Source of the DNA: Candidatus Bathyarchaeota archaeon
GTDB taxonomy: Archaea; Thermoproteota; Bathyarchaeia; Bathyarchaeales; Bathycorpusculaceae
Assembly (NCBI GenBank): GCA_963717465.1
Contig: OY970340.1
Span: forward strand, 1,440,001-1,504,000
DNA: 64,000 nt
Direction: 5' to 3'
This document shows positions 53,706 through 62,370 of the stretch, in pieces; position 1 is the stretch's first letter; every line of letters starts with the position of its first letter. The notes under the pieces are model-generated. The model made no database searches, was not told the DNA's origin, and was given only the letters and a program-made list of their open reading frames with translations. The translations under genes and the position numbers were made by a program.

Positions 53706-55130
53706 ATGAGCAAAGAGAATGAGAATAAAACAAACCAACCTGACACTCTAATTAATCGAAATAATGCTTTTGGCGAGAAGCTAGCTGAATTTATTTTGAA
53801 TACTAAATACAGTAACATTCCTCAGGATGTGTTGTCATCCATAAAAGCGTTAACACTCAAGAACATCGCTGACATCGTGGTGGGTGCCAGTCTACCTCAC
53901 TCCCGAAAAGTGGCAAATCTAATCAGAGAACATAGGTCACACGGCGAAGTGGGAGTTTTGACTTACGGGTTCCGTACGTCCCTTTGGGATGGCATCTTCA
54001 TTAACGCTTTTTTTGCACACGCAGCTGAATTAGAAGACGATGCATTTTTTGATGCTGACTTTCAGCCTTGCGGTCCATCATGGTCAATCACCGTTATACC
54101 ATTGCTTCTTACGCTTGCACAGAGGCAAAGACTATCAGGGAAACAGCTGCTAGAGGCAATTGTAATTGGATTAGAAGTTCACCGACGGACATGCTTGACT
54201 ACGGTAGGGCATAGAGGCGTACTTTTGGGTCCAGGTGCTGTGGGTCCCGCAGCTGCGGCAGCTAAAGCTTTGGATCTAAACAAGGAAGAGATAATGTCAG
54301 CAATAGGTCTGGCAATTTCAGGGGCTGATGTTCAGAGAGTAAATTACGGGTACGATAGTCACTTTTTCGAGTCATCCATGCAGTCACTACACGGCATCAT
54401 AGCGGCTCAGATGGCCCAAAATGGCTTAACGGGTAATCCTGACTTGCCTGCGTTCCTTTCTGTTAAATATGGGGAAACTGCAGTCAATAGTGATAAAATG
54501 TTGGCAGATCTGGGGGCTCGCTGGTTATGCAAAGACTTCTGGATCAAAAAGTATCCAGCTAGCTTTGGGCTTCATAACCTAATCGACGTGATGTGTGAAT
54601 TCAAAAATAAATACAAATTCACAGTGGACGAAATTGATGTTATTGAGGCTTTTCCGCCTGGCGTTCAATTGGGCTTCATTCCGAAAACTCCACTGCAAAC
54701 TGAGTTTAGCCTGTATTGGGTGCTGGGAGTAGCCGCAGTGGATGGAGATGTGAATGTCAGTCACCTGACTCAAGAAGCATTAGATAACCAAATTTACCAG
54801 AAAGCGGTTGCTAAAGTTAAACAAACCGTTCCCCCAGAGTTACAGAAAGAAGGTATGGGCATGATACCGTTTACCCATACTGATCGCTTGAAAGTCTATA
54901 TGAAAGACGGAAGAGTGTTTTCAGGTGAAAGAAGATATCCCATCGGATCCCCCAAAGAGCCCTTGACAAGCGAACAAGTTACAAGTCTTTTCCAAAAATT
55001 CGTCTCGCACGTATTCTCACCTCAACACGTTGAAAAGATTTCAGATACATTTCTAAACCTTGAAAAACTCAATGATGTAGGTGAAATAATGGATCTGCTT
55101 ACCTACAGAAATGAACGAGGCATATCCTAA
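53706..55130 (+). CDS. MmgE/PrpD-family protein
   Basis: AHAAELEDD, A..IGLEV, A.MAQNGLTG, WIKKYP, GSPKEPL; ATG at 53706 after AAGGAG. Confidence 0.85.
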   Translation: MSKENENKTNQPDTLINRNNAFGEKLAEFILNTKYSNIPQDVLSSIKALTLKNIADIVVGASLPHSRKVANLIREHRSHGEVGVLTYGFRTSLWDGIFINAFFAHAAELEDDAFFDADFQPCGPSWSITVIPLLLTLAQRQRLSGKQLLEAIVIGLEVHRRTCLTTVGHRGVLLGPGAVGPAAAAAKALDLNKEEIMSAIGLAISGADVQRVNYGYDSHFFESSMQSLHGIIAAQMAQNGLTGNPDLPAFLSVKYGETAVNSDKMLADLGARWLCKDFWIKKYPASFGLHNLIDVMCEFKNKYKFTVDEIDVIEAFPPGVQLGFIPKTPLQTEFSLYWVLGVAAVDGDVNVSHLTQEALDNQIYQKAVAKVKQTVPPELQKEGMGMIPFTHTDRLKVYMKDGRVFSGERRYPIGSPKEPLTSEQVTSLFQKFVSHVFSPQHVEKISDTFLNLEKLNDVGEIMDLLTYRNERGIS

Positions 55131-55447
55131 GAAGTTATTACCCTTTTTTTAACTCTGAACTTTTTTTCTTGAATTCTGCAACAAAAATGCCTACAGATGA
55201 GTTTCCGATATTTGCCGTCTCATGATTTTACCACTTGAGAAGAACAACTGATCAATGAATTAAATCCATTTCTTGAAACGTGCACTTTTTTCAAAGTCTT
55301 CCGAGGCCAACCCATTTTCTTAAGACATTCCAAACTGTAGAGAAGTCGAAAAAACTGATATCCAAAAATTATGAATTTTCAAGCTCCAACTTCAAAATCG
55401 GCGAAAAAAACGTCTTAGCTTAAGCTGCACTATTCAGGGTACTTGAA

Positions 55448-55753
55448 CTATTTATTTTGTTGTTCACTTTTATCTGAATCTGCTTGCCTTTTCCAATTTT
55501 CAGATCTGTAGGTGTCAAGCATTTTGTTGTAATAGTCAATTTCTTCAAATGCTGGATAGCGAGTTAATTCATATTTTAGTTGGCATTTCTTGCATTCTAA
55601 AATGACCTTGTCACTTTTAATGTTAGTTGCAACCGTATCCTGCTTGCAACGCGGGCATTTTCTAAACGGCTTAGTTAAGAACTTTGGTCTGCCTGCTCCA
55701 TGTCGAATACCTCGACTTGAATTATTTTGTCTGGCATAGTTGTCTCTAGGCAA
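55448..55753 (-). CDS. Elf1-like zinc-ribbon protein
   Basis: CPRC..CKKC followed by E.IDYYNKMLD, resembling the Elf1 C-terminal helix; basic N-terminus; TTG at 55753 after GAGG. Confidence 0.6.
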   Translation of the reverse strand: MPRDNYARQNNSSRGIRHGAGRPKFLTKPFRKCPRCKQDTVATNIKSDKVILECKKCQLKYELTRYPAFEEIDYYNKMLDTYRSENWKRQADSDKSEQQNK

Positions 55754-56046
55754 ATCGTAACCTCTCATGTAACTTATCAGTATTGACAATTAACCTTTTC
55801 TGAAAAATGATAAACCTAAAAGTCGTTCTAAACTGCTTCACCACATACAATATAAGGACATCCACGATACACGAATCCTTCCAGACTAAGACGATGAAAA
55901 CTATACCTTTTCAATTAACTGATTTTTCCGGATTCTCCAGAATTTTCCACATTTCCATGGTTTTTTATGGATTTTCAGAATTATTTACGGCGCGACTTTT
56001 ATTTCCGTCTTTCCCGTTTTTGCTTTTTTATGCCAAGTTTAGGCTT

Positions 56047-57339
56047 TCACTCCAACAAGCCTGAAAGATAAGTTGTTTTTGCCTCGTTGACTTCAAGTTT
56101 CACTGTTTTTCCAATTAAACTTTCTTTGCTTTTGATCACGATTGGTTTGTAGGCAAAGTTGCGTCCAATCCATGATCCTGGCACTTTTCCTTTTTCGTCA
56201 ACAAGTACTTCACCAACCCAGCCAACCCACTGCTTGTTATTCTCTGAAGATAATTGTTTGGCTAAATCTGACGCGATTTTGCTTCTGTGTTTAATCTCTG
56301 CTACATCAACTAAGCCATCACGCATTTTTGCTGCAGCAGTTTTCGGCCTGGCAAAAAACTTTGAGACATTAATAACATCAGGTTTTACATCACGCAAAAG
56401 CTTAAGCGTATTATCAAAAGCGTGCGATGTTTCTCCTGGAAAACCAACGATAACATCCGTTGCAAGTGTCAAATCATCAAAGCATTGCCTGAACGCATCC
56501 ACGATTGATTTGAACTCTTTTGCTGAGTAAAACCTGTGCATCCGCCTAAGAACTTCATCATTCCCACTTTGAACGGGCAAATGCAAAAACTTGAATACCT
56601 TTTCGTTTTTGAAAGCTTCAATTAGTTCACTCTGAATATCCAAAACCAAGTTTGGGGTCATCATTCCAACTCTAATCTTAAAATCACCATTCGCCTTGCC
56701 TAAAGCATGCAATAGTTCGGCCAAGTTTGTACCGATGTCTCTGCCGTAGCTTGCTGTATCCTGTGAAGTAATCCAAAACTCTCTTGCACCAGCAGCATAA
56801 TCGCTCTGCACTCGTGAGACAACATCTTCAATGCAATAACTCATCAGATGTCCTCTAGCAAAAACGACGCAGCAGTAAGCGCATGAACCTAAACAACCAT
56901 AATTTATTGGAACAACGCTGACAAGTGGATTTGCAGAAATTCTTGGCAAATCAAGCATCGGCTTTTCCTTAATCGCCTCAAGATCAAAGACACGTTTACC
57001 AGCTGAAACGTTCTCGACAACTTCAACGATCCTTTTTCCAACTGAGGTTCCAACTGCGGCGTCAAAGCGGGCTTCGCGGGAAAGGCGTTCAAAACTGATT
57101 TTTGGCAAGCACCCCGCAACGATAAGCTTCTTATTTTTTGGTACTCGTTTTAATGCTTGGATTATTCGGTTTTCGGTTGGTCCCTTAACAGCGCAAGTGT
57201 TGTAGATTAAAATTTCCGCTGATGACTCTGACTTTGCAATTGTGTATCCAGCTTTCGCTAAGCAGCCTGCGTAAACATCGCTGTCAGCCGTGTTTGCGGG
57301 ACAACCGAAGCTTCTGATATACACTTTTGTTTTGCTCAT
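56047..57339 (-). CDS. mtaB: tRNA t6A37 methylthiotransferase (archaeal e-MtaB/CDKAL1-like)
   Basis: SFGC..N, NTCAVK, AGC, GCLGSCAYC, HLPVQSG, IVGFPGE, TRAM domain GRNFAYK. Confidence 0.88.
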   Translation of the reverse strand: MSKTKVYIRSFGCPANTADSDVYAGCLAKAGYTIAKSESSAEILIYNTCAVKGPTENRIIQALKRVPKNKKLIVAGCLPKISFERLSREARFDAAVGTSVGKRIVEVVENVSAGKRVFDLEAIKEKPMLDLPRISANPLVSVVPINYGCLGSCAYCCVVFARGHLMSYCIEDVVSRVQSDYAAGAREFWITSQDTASYGRDIGTNLAELLHALGKANGDFKIRVGMMTPNLVLDIQSELIEAFKNEKVFKFLHLPVQSGNDEVLRRMHRFYSAKEFKSIVDAFRQCFDDLTLATDVIVGFPGETSHAFDNTLKLLRDVKPDVINVSKFFARPKTAAAKMRDGLVDVAEIKHRSKIASDLAKQLSSENNKQWVGWVGEVLVDEKGKVPGSWIGRNFAYKPIVIKSKESLIGKTVKLEVNEAKTTYLSGLLE

Positions 57340-57433
57340 TTTGTGTTGCTAGATGCTTCACATTAAGAAATAAAAACATGGAGGTTGCTTGGTGCCTGAA
57401 TTGACAAGAACTTGTACGCTATCTCCTTAATGA

Positions 57434-57515
57434 TTTATAAACATAAACACAAACATGTTTGCAGTATATTTGTAGCATAACATATACAAGTATAACTGCC
57501 GAGTATACTTGTATA
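57434..57515 (+). promoter_or_regulatory. TATA box plus perfect 12-bp inverted repeat upstream of the RHH gene
   Basis: TTTATAAA at 57434-57441; AAACA[TC] x3; TATACAAGTATA-N9-TATACTTGTATA at 57483-57515. Confidence 0.6.
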
Positions 57516-57534
57516 GCCATCGAGGAGAAGAGCC

Positions 57535-57690
57535 ATGAAACTCATCACACTTTATCTACCTGAAACTTACATAAAAGCTTTAGACCAGCTCGTAGACGAG
57601 AGATTCTACCCAAACAGGGCGGAAGCAATCAGAGTCGCAATTCGAGACTTAATTAGTGCAGAAGTCTGGAGGCGAAACGGCGTTGACTAG
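57535..57690 (+). CDS. Ribbon-helix-helix protein, CdrS/CopG-like (not in ORF track)
   Basis: MKLITLYLPETYIKALDQLVDERFYPNRAEAIRVAIRDLISAEVWRRNGVD*; GAGGAG RBS. Confidence 0.88.
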   Translation: MKLITLYLPETYIKALDQLVDERFYPNRAEAIRVAIRDLISAEVWRRNGVD

Positions 57691-57970
57691 ACATGTTCAT
57701 GACGAAACCTTGAAATCTCCCCTAAATGTCGATGACGTAAAAGTTGAAGTCGTACCAAAAATTTTAGACAACAGCCTAGCTATTGCGGGTGCACGACTTA
57801 TCCCTGAACCTGTTAGCGAATTAAATGCCCAAACAGTTAAACCTAAAGCAACCGCTAAAAAATCAAAGCTCGGCAGAGCATTATCACAGCTATACAATCT
57901 TGAAGTAGGCAATAAACCAGACAAAATATTAAATTTAGATTTAGACTTGTACCAAATGGAAAACTTTTAA
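57683..57970 (+). CDS. Hypothetical protein overlapping the end of the RHH gene
   Basis: TTG at 57683 after GGAGG overlaps the RHH 3' end; followed by a T-rich tract. Confidence 0.6.
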   Translation: MTRHVHDETLKSPLNVDDVKVEVVPKILDNSLAIAGARLIPEPVSELNAQTVKPKATAKKSKLGRALSQLYNLEVGNKPDKILNLDLDLYQMENF

Positions 57971-57976
57971 TCTCCA

Positions 57977-57992
57977 TTTTTTAATTTTTTTT
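57977..57992 (+). terminator. Oligo-T archaeal terminator-like tract
   Basis: Consecutive T runs directly after the stop at 57970. Confidence 0.4.
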
Positions 57993-58058
57993 GCAAAGTA
58001 AACCTGACTTGTAGAATTTTAGAAAATATTATTATCAGGCAGCCAATCTTTAATTCGC

Positions 58059-58769
58059 ATGAACCAATTAATAGTGCAAATAAGAAAAGATTTGAAAGCT
58101 AACGTTGATGAGCAGACCAAAAAGAGTTGCCCGCGTTTCTTCAAAGAAGAAGTCACTTGTTATGGAGTTAAGACGCCGATGGTTGGAAAAATAGCGGGGA
58201 AATATTGGGGCCAAGTGGAGCTTTTGAGCAAGAAAGAGATTTTTGGCCTTTGTGAAATTTTGTTTGGTTCTGATTATATTGAGGAGGCGTTTGTGGTTTC
58301 GAAGTGGTTGCCGCGTATGGAGGGTCGATTTGAAATTGAAGATTTGGCGACTTTTAAAGTGTGGATTGAAAAGTACCTTAATAATTGGGCTAAGTGTGAC
58401 AGTTTTTGCAATCATACCCTCGCGGGTTTCGTCATGAAATATCCCCAACTCATCGGCGAAATTGTAGGCTGGTCTAAAAATTCTAATAGGTGGCTAAAGC
58501 GGGCATCTGCTGTGTCGCTTATTTTGCCTGCTAGAGCGGGGCATTTTTTGCCTGAAGCTTTTGAAATTTGTGATGTGCTCTTGCTTGACAATGATGATAT
58601 GGTGCAAAAGGGTTATGGTTGGCTGCTTAAAGAGGCAAGCAGACAACATACGCAGGAAGTTTTTGATTACGTTATGAAGAACCGGAGAGTTATGCCTAGA
58701 ACCGCACTGCGGTATGCAATTGAGTTAATGCCTAAAGAGCTTAGAGTTGAAGCAATGAAAAAAGACTAA
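58059..58769 (+). CDS. DNA alkylation repair protein (AlkD-like HEAT-repeat)
   Basis: YGVKTP, NNWAKCD, NRWLKRAS, DDMVQKGYGWLLKE, MPRTALRYAIE. Confidence 0.88.
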   Translation: MNQLIVQIRKDLKANVDEQTKKSCPRFFKEEVTCYGVKTPMVGKIAGKYWGQVELLSKKEIFGLCEILFGSDYIEEAFVVSKWLPRMEGRFEIEDLATFKVWIEKYLNNWAKCDSFCNHTLAGFVMKYPQLIGEIVGWSKNSNRWLKRASAVSLILPARAGHFLPEAFEICDVLLLDNDDMVQKGYGWLLKEASRQHTQEVFDYVMKNRRVMPRTALRYAIELMPKELRVEAMKKD

Positions 58770-58936
58770 TAAAATCACGTACCATATTGCATGGAGAAAA
58801 CGTTTTTCTGTTTTAGGGTTTTGTATTTTTGTGTGGATGTGATTATTTTTTTAGGCATTTGGAGGGTTTGATTGATTATTTTTTAAGTGCGCTAGTTTAT
58901 ATTTGATTAAGTCTATAAGTTTTTGTGGAGATTTGT

Positions 58937-59389
58937 ATGGCAAAGGCGTTAGTTGTTTATTCTAGCATGTTTGGAAATACTGAAAAGGTTGCTAAGGCTT
59001 TAGCAGCAGGCTTAGAAAAAGGAAGCGTTAATGTTGAGGTTGTCAAAGCAAGCGATGTTAAACTTGATCAACTGGATAAAGTTGATTTGTTATGTGTTGG
59101 TTCTCCTGTGAATGCTTGGGGCATGTCAAGTTCAGTGAAGGATTTTCTGGGGCACTTAGCAGTCGTAAAAGGTCTTAGCGGCAAGAAAGCTTTCGCGTTT
59201 GACACTAAATTGAAGGGTAGATTGGCTGGAACTGCTGGAGGAAAAATCGAGAAGAAATTGACGAAGCTCGGCTTGACTGTCGTTAGGCACAGTGAATCGG
59301 CTGTTGTTAAAGGTAGAGAAGGGCCGCTTGAAGAAGGTGCAGAAGCGAGGTTTACGCAAATAGGGGTAGAACTTGCTAAAATGATCTAG
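58937..59389 (+). CDS. Flavodoxin-like protein
   Basis: YSSMFGNTEKVA, GSP, AFDT; ATG at 58937 after GGAG. Confidence 0.88.
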   Translation: MAKALVVYSSMFGNTEKVAKALAAGLEKGSVNVEVVKASDVKLDQLDKVDLLCVGSPVNAWGMSSSVKDFLGHLAVVKGLSGKKAFAFDTKLKGRLAGTAGGKIEKKLTKLGLTVVRHSESAVVKGREGPLEEGAEARFTQIGVELAKMI

Positions 59390-59545
59390 TTTCCTCTTGA
59401 ATTAAACCCAGCGATTAGGACTGTTGAGAAGGCATAGCGTCAGCATTCTTTGGTTGGCTGTGCTATAATATTGTGTTTAAGCAGTCACATAATGATAAAT
59501 AGAGATTTTTTCATTTCGCGTTAACAATCGATTGATGTAAAGGTA

Positions 59546-59728
59546 ATGATTACATGCCCAAGGTGTTCTTCATCTGCAAAACCCACGGGCAAAGAAAGGG
59601 ATACAGCGCCTTCCACGTTAAGCAATATATATGTTTTAGGGTGCGATAAGAAATTCCTGGAGTATTATAAAAATGGTAAACTCAGCCATACGATCCTTGC
59701 ACCTAAACCGCCCAAACCTAGTTGTTAA
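59546..59728 (+). CDS. Small zinc-finger protein, probable compensating frameshifts
   Basis: CPRC N-terminus; an alternate frame at about 59600-59635 reads YSAFHVKQYIC, which would restore a second CxxC with GCDKKF. Confidence 0.55.
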   Translation: MITCPRCSSSAKPTGKERDTAPSTLSNIYVLGCDKKFLEYYKNGKLSHTILAPKPPKPSC

Positions 59729-59746
59729 AAGCCTTGAGGCTTTAAC

Positions 59747-60742
59747 ATGAAAAGTATGTGGATGGTTAGAGCGGGAGAAGATGCTTTTCTTATCGATGAT
59801 TTTAGAAGAAAAAATTATGTTTCGATTGGTTGGAATGATCTCTCAGACCTTCAAAATGTGCCAAGTAGAGAAGCAATTAAAACTTTGGTGCAAAAGCATA
59901 GTCAGGATTATAGCTATACTAAGAAAAACCAAATCAACATTGCCACTAGTCAAATAAGCAGATTTCTGTTTGATTTCAAAAAAGGGGATTACGTTCTCTC
60001 TTATGATCCTACCAACAGAGTGTATCTTGTAGGAGAAATACAATCCGACTATGAGTACAACGAAAAAATAAGCGAGTACCACAATGTGAGAAGAGTTAAG
60101 TGGTTAGGGGAAGTGAGCCGAGACAAACTTTCAACTTCTACTCGAAACACTCTCGGTGCCATATCCACGATATTCCAAATCAACGAAACCGCGGCCAGAG
60201 AAATCATTGAAATTCTAGAGGGCAAAGAAAAAGCGCCTGAAGAAGTTGTCGAAGAGGAAGAGGCAGAAGAAGAAAGCCTCAAGGAAGATATGGTATCGAG
60301 AGCTAACGAACTAATTAAAGACAAAATAATGAAGCTTGATTGGGATGACCTGCAAAAACTTATAGCAGGAATACTGAGAGCTATGGGGTATAAAACGATA
60401 ATTTCTGAGGGCGGTCCTGATCGTGGAAAAGATATCGAGGCATCTCCGGACGGGTTGATGCTGACAGAGCCACGTATACTTGTGGAGGTAAAACATCGCT
60501 CTGGGCAAATGGGTGCAAAAGAAGTACGTAGCTTCAACTCAGTGCTAAGGCAACAAAAGGGATTATACGTTTCAACTGGAGGCTTTTCCAAAGAAGCTAA
60601 ATATGAAGCTGAACGAGGAGAAAAACAAATGACTCTTGTAGACACTGATCGGTTAGTACAACTTATCATCCAAAACTACGATAATTTCGACGTGGATACC
60701 AAATTGCTTGTTCCATTATCGAAAATCTACTGGCCCGCTTAG
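59747..60742 (+). CDS. Mrr-cat superfamily (type IV) restriction endonuclease
   Basis: N-terminal WMVRAG..IGW..R.VKW domain, acidic linker, DRGKD..VEVKH (D..ExK), VSTGGF. Confidence 0.88.
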   Translation: MKSMWMVRAGEDAFLIDDFRRKNYVSIGWNDLSDLQNVPSREAIKTLVQKHSQDYSYTKKNQINIATSQISRFLFDFKKGDYVLSYDPTNRVYLVGEIQSDYEYNEKISEYHNVRRVKWLGEVSRDKLSTSTRNTLGAISTIFQINETAAREIIEILEGKEKAPEEVVEEEEAEEESLKEDMVSRANELIKDKIMKLDWDDLQKLIAGILRAMGYKTIISEGGPDRGKDIEASPDGLMLTEPRILVEVKHRSGQMGAKEVRSFNSVLRQQKGLYVSTGGFSKEAKYEAERGEKQMTLVDTDRLVQLIIQNYDNFDVDTKLLVPLSKIYWPA

Positions 60743-61100
60743 CTTGAATCCGAAACCGCAAACAACGCCCAGAACGTTTCTATTTCGAATGACGGAAGAA
60801 CCGACCACGGGTGAAGAGATACCATCTTCAAAACCCTCTGCATTGCCCATTTCGATGACTTCTTTTTTCAGATCGTCAAATGAACCTATTTCAGTTGCTA
60901 ACGGTATTATCCAACCTTTTCCCAAGCGCCTCATTGTATACATTTAACGGAGCCCAAAAAATGGGAAAAAGTTGCTTTTCAGTATATAAAAGTTTACGTT
61001 GGCGATTGAATCTCATCGGATTAGCTCCATCCAATAAATGTTTTAAAAGGGAGAAAGTAGCTGCGTAGAATTAGGAGAATTGGAGTGTCGCCAGTCTGTT

Positions 61101-61130
61101 GAGGGTTCGAATCCTCCTCCTGCTCTATCA
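61101..61130 (+). other. tRNA T-arm/3'-end-like remnant
   Basis: GAGGGTTCGAATCCTCC with an imperfect stem; no D-arm or anticodon arm recognisable. Confidence 0.35.
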
Positions 61131-61273
61131 TGGAAAAACATATAGCGAGTTATCTCTAATCTCTAAAATTTATTGCAGATAATTTTAAGTTGAATTAAGA
61201 AAGAAATGGTATTAATGTGAATCTGCTTTGGAGTAATACCGTTCCCCGCCTTTCTCGGCAGCCCTCAAGTTGC

Positions 61274-61498
61274 CTATTGCATACTGCGCTTGAATAACAG
61301 CTTCGACATACGCATATCCAATATCATGTTTGCAGGTCTGTCGTAATTTGTTTCTAATCGGGGTCTATGAATGGAATTTTCTAGAATCAGCTTACTTATT
61401 TCTTGGTAAGAATAAAATTTGCAATTCTGCATTTTATTTAGGAAGTGTTTGCATCCTAAATCAAATACTCTGTCCATGTCTGATTCTTCAAGTGGCAT
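61274..61498 (-). CDS. Hypothetical small protein
   Basis: 74-aa ORF preceded by AGGGA; no recognised family. Confidence 0.35.
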   Translation of the reverse strand: MPLEESDMDRVFDLGCKHFLNKMQNCKFYSYQEISKLILENSIHRPRLETNYDRPANMILDMRMSKLLFKRSMQ

Positions 61499-61716
61499 AA
61501 GTTATCCCTGTTACCATAATTATTCGGTTTATGTAACAATCTTACAAAAAAAGGTTGGGCGGATGATATCTCCAACTTAAAGGCTTCAAATCCCCCAGCA
61601 CCAAATATACATACGCATACAGGGGGACTCACTGGGCATGAAATCAAACAGTTTAGCGGTTGTGCAAACGTGTCGATTCATAACGTTTATCTGTGCACGT
61701 GTACACATACATAGTT

Positions 61717-61956
61717 ATGGGCACCAAAACTATCTCCATAAAAGACGAAGCCTACGAAGCATTATTACGCGAAAAAATTGAAAAAGAAAGCTTCACTGAC
61801 ACTATTTTGCGTTTAACCAAGAAATCAGGCAAGATTGCTGACTGTTTTGGAACTTGGAAAATGACTGATGAAGAAGAGAAAGCCATTTGGGTCGAACTCT
61901 CTAAGGGATGGCATCTGGTTCAAGAGCGAATCTCGAATGAAATGTCTCGACAGTGA
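61717..61956 (+). CDS. vapB: VapB-type antitoxin (DUF217-like)
   Basis: MGTKTISIKDEAYEAL...ESFTDTILRL; overlaps the PIN toxin gene. Confidence 0.88.
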   Translation: MGTKTISIKDEAYEALLREKIEKESFTDTILRLTKKSGKIADCFGTWKMTDEEEKAIWVELSKGWHLVQERISNEMSRQ

Positions 61957-62329
61957 CTTACTAGTCGCAATTCTTCGAGGTAAGCAAGATGCCCGCGCTG
62001 TAGTTGAGGAATTGGACCAAAAAGCAAAAGGCGCCACAACGTCGGTAAATGCTTTCGAAGTCTACTTTGGAGCAAACAAGTCGGATAGAATAAAAGAAAA
62101 CACAAAAGAGGCTGCGAAACTGCTTGAAAGGTTGATAGTTTTTCCATTAGATCTCGCTTCTTCCCGAAGGGCAGCAGAAATATCAGCGAAACTCGTAGCA
62201 AAGGGCGAAACAATTGATTACAGAGACGCAATGATAGCTGCAATAGCGATGGAGAACGGTTTAACAATAGTCACCAGAAATCACATGCACTTTAGGAGAA
62301 TAAAAGGTCTTCAAATCAAAGTCTGGTAG
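61937..62329 (+). CDS. vapC: VapC PIN-domain toxin
   Basis: LDSD, FE, DAMIAAIA, VTRN..HF.RI.GL; ATG at 61937. Confidence 0.92.
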   Translation: MKCLDSDLLVAILRGKQDARAVVEELDQKAKGATTSVNAFEVYFGANKSDRIKENTKEAAKLLERLIVFPLDLASSRRAAEISAKLVAKGETIDYRDAMIAAIAMENGLTIVTRNHMHFRRIKGLQIKVW

Positions 62330-62370
62330 ACTTTTGTGTTTGAAAACTTATTTATTTTTTAAAGATAAGA

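Noticed and set aside
55807..56064. 85-aa plus-strand ORF and TTTCC-like short repeats
   Set aside because: The ORF is antisense-like and low complexity; the repeats are too degenerate to call.
60716..60943. 75-aa minus-strand ORF convergent with mrr
   Set aside because: Overlaps the mrr 3' end and has no recognisable family; at most a fragment.
61040..61130. Intact tRNA gene
   Set aside because: Only a T-loop-like motif is present; I could not fold a cloverleaf.
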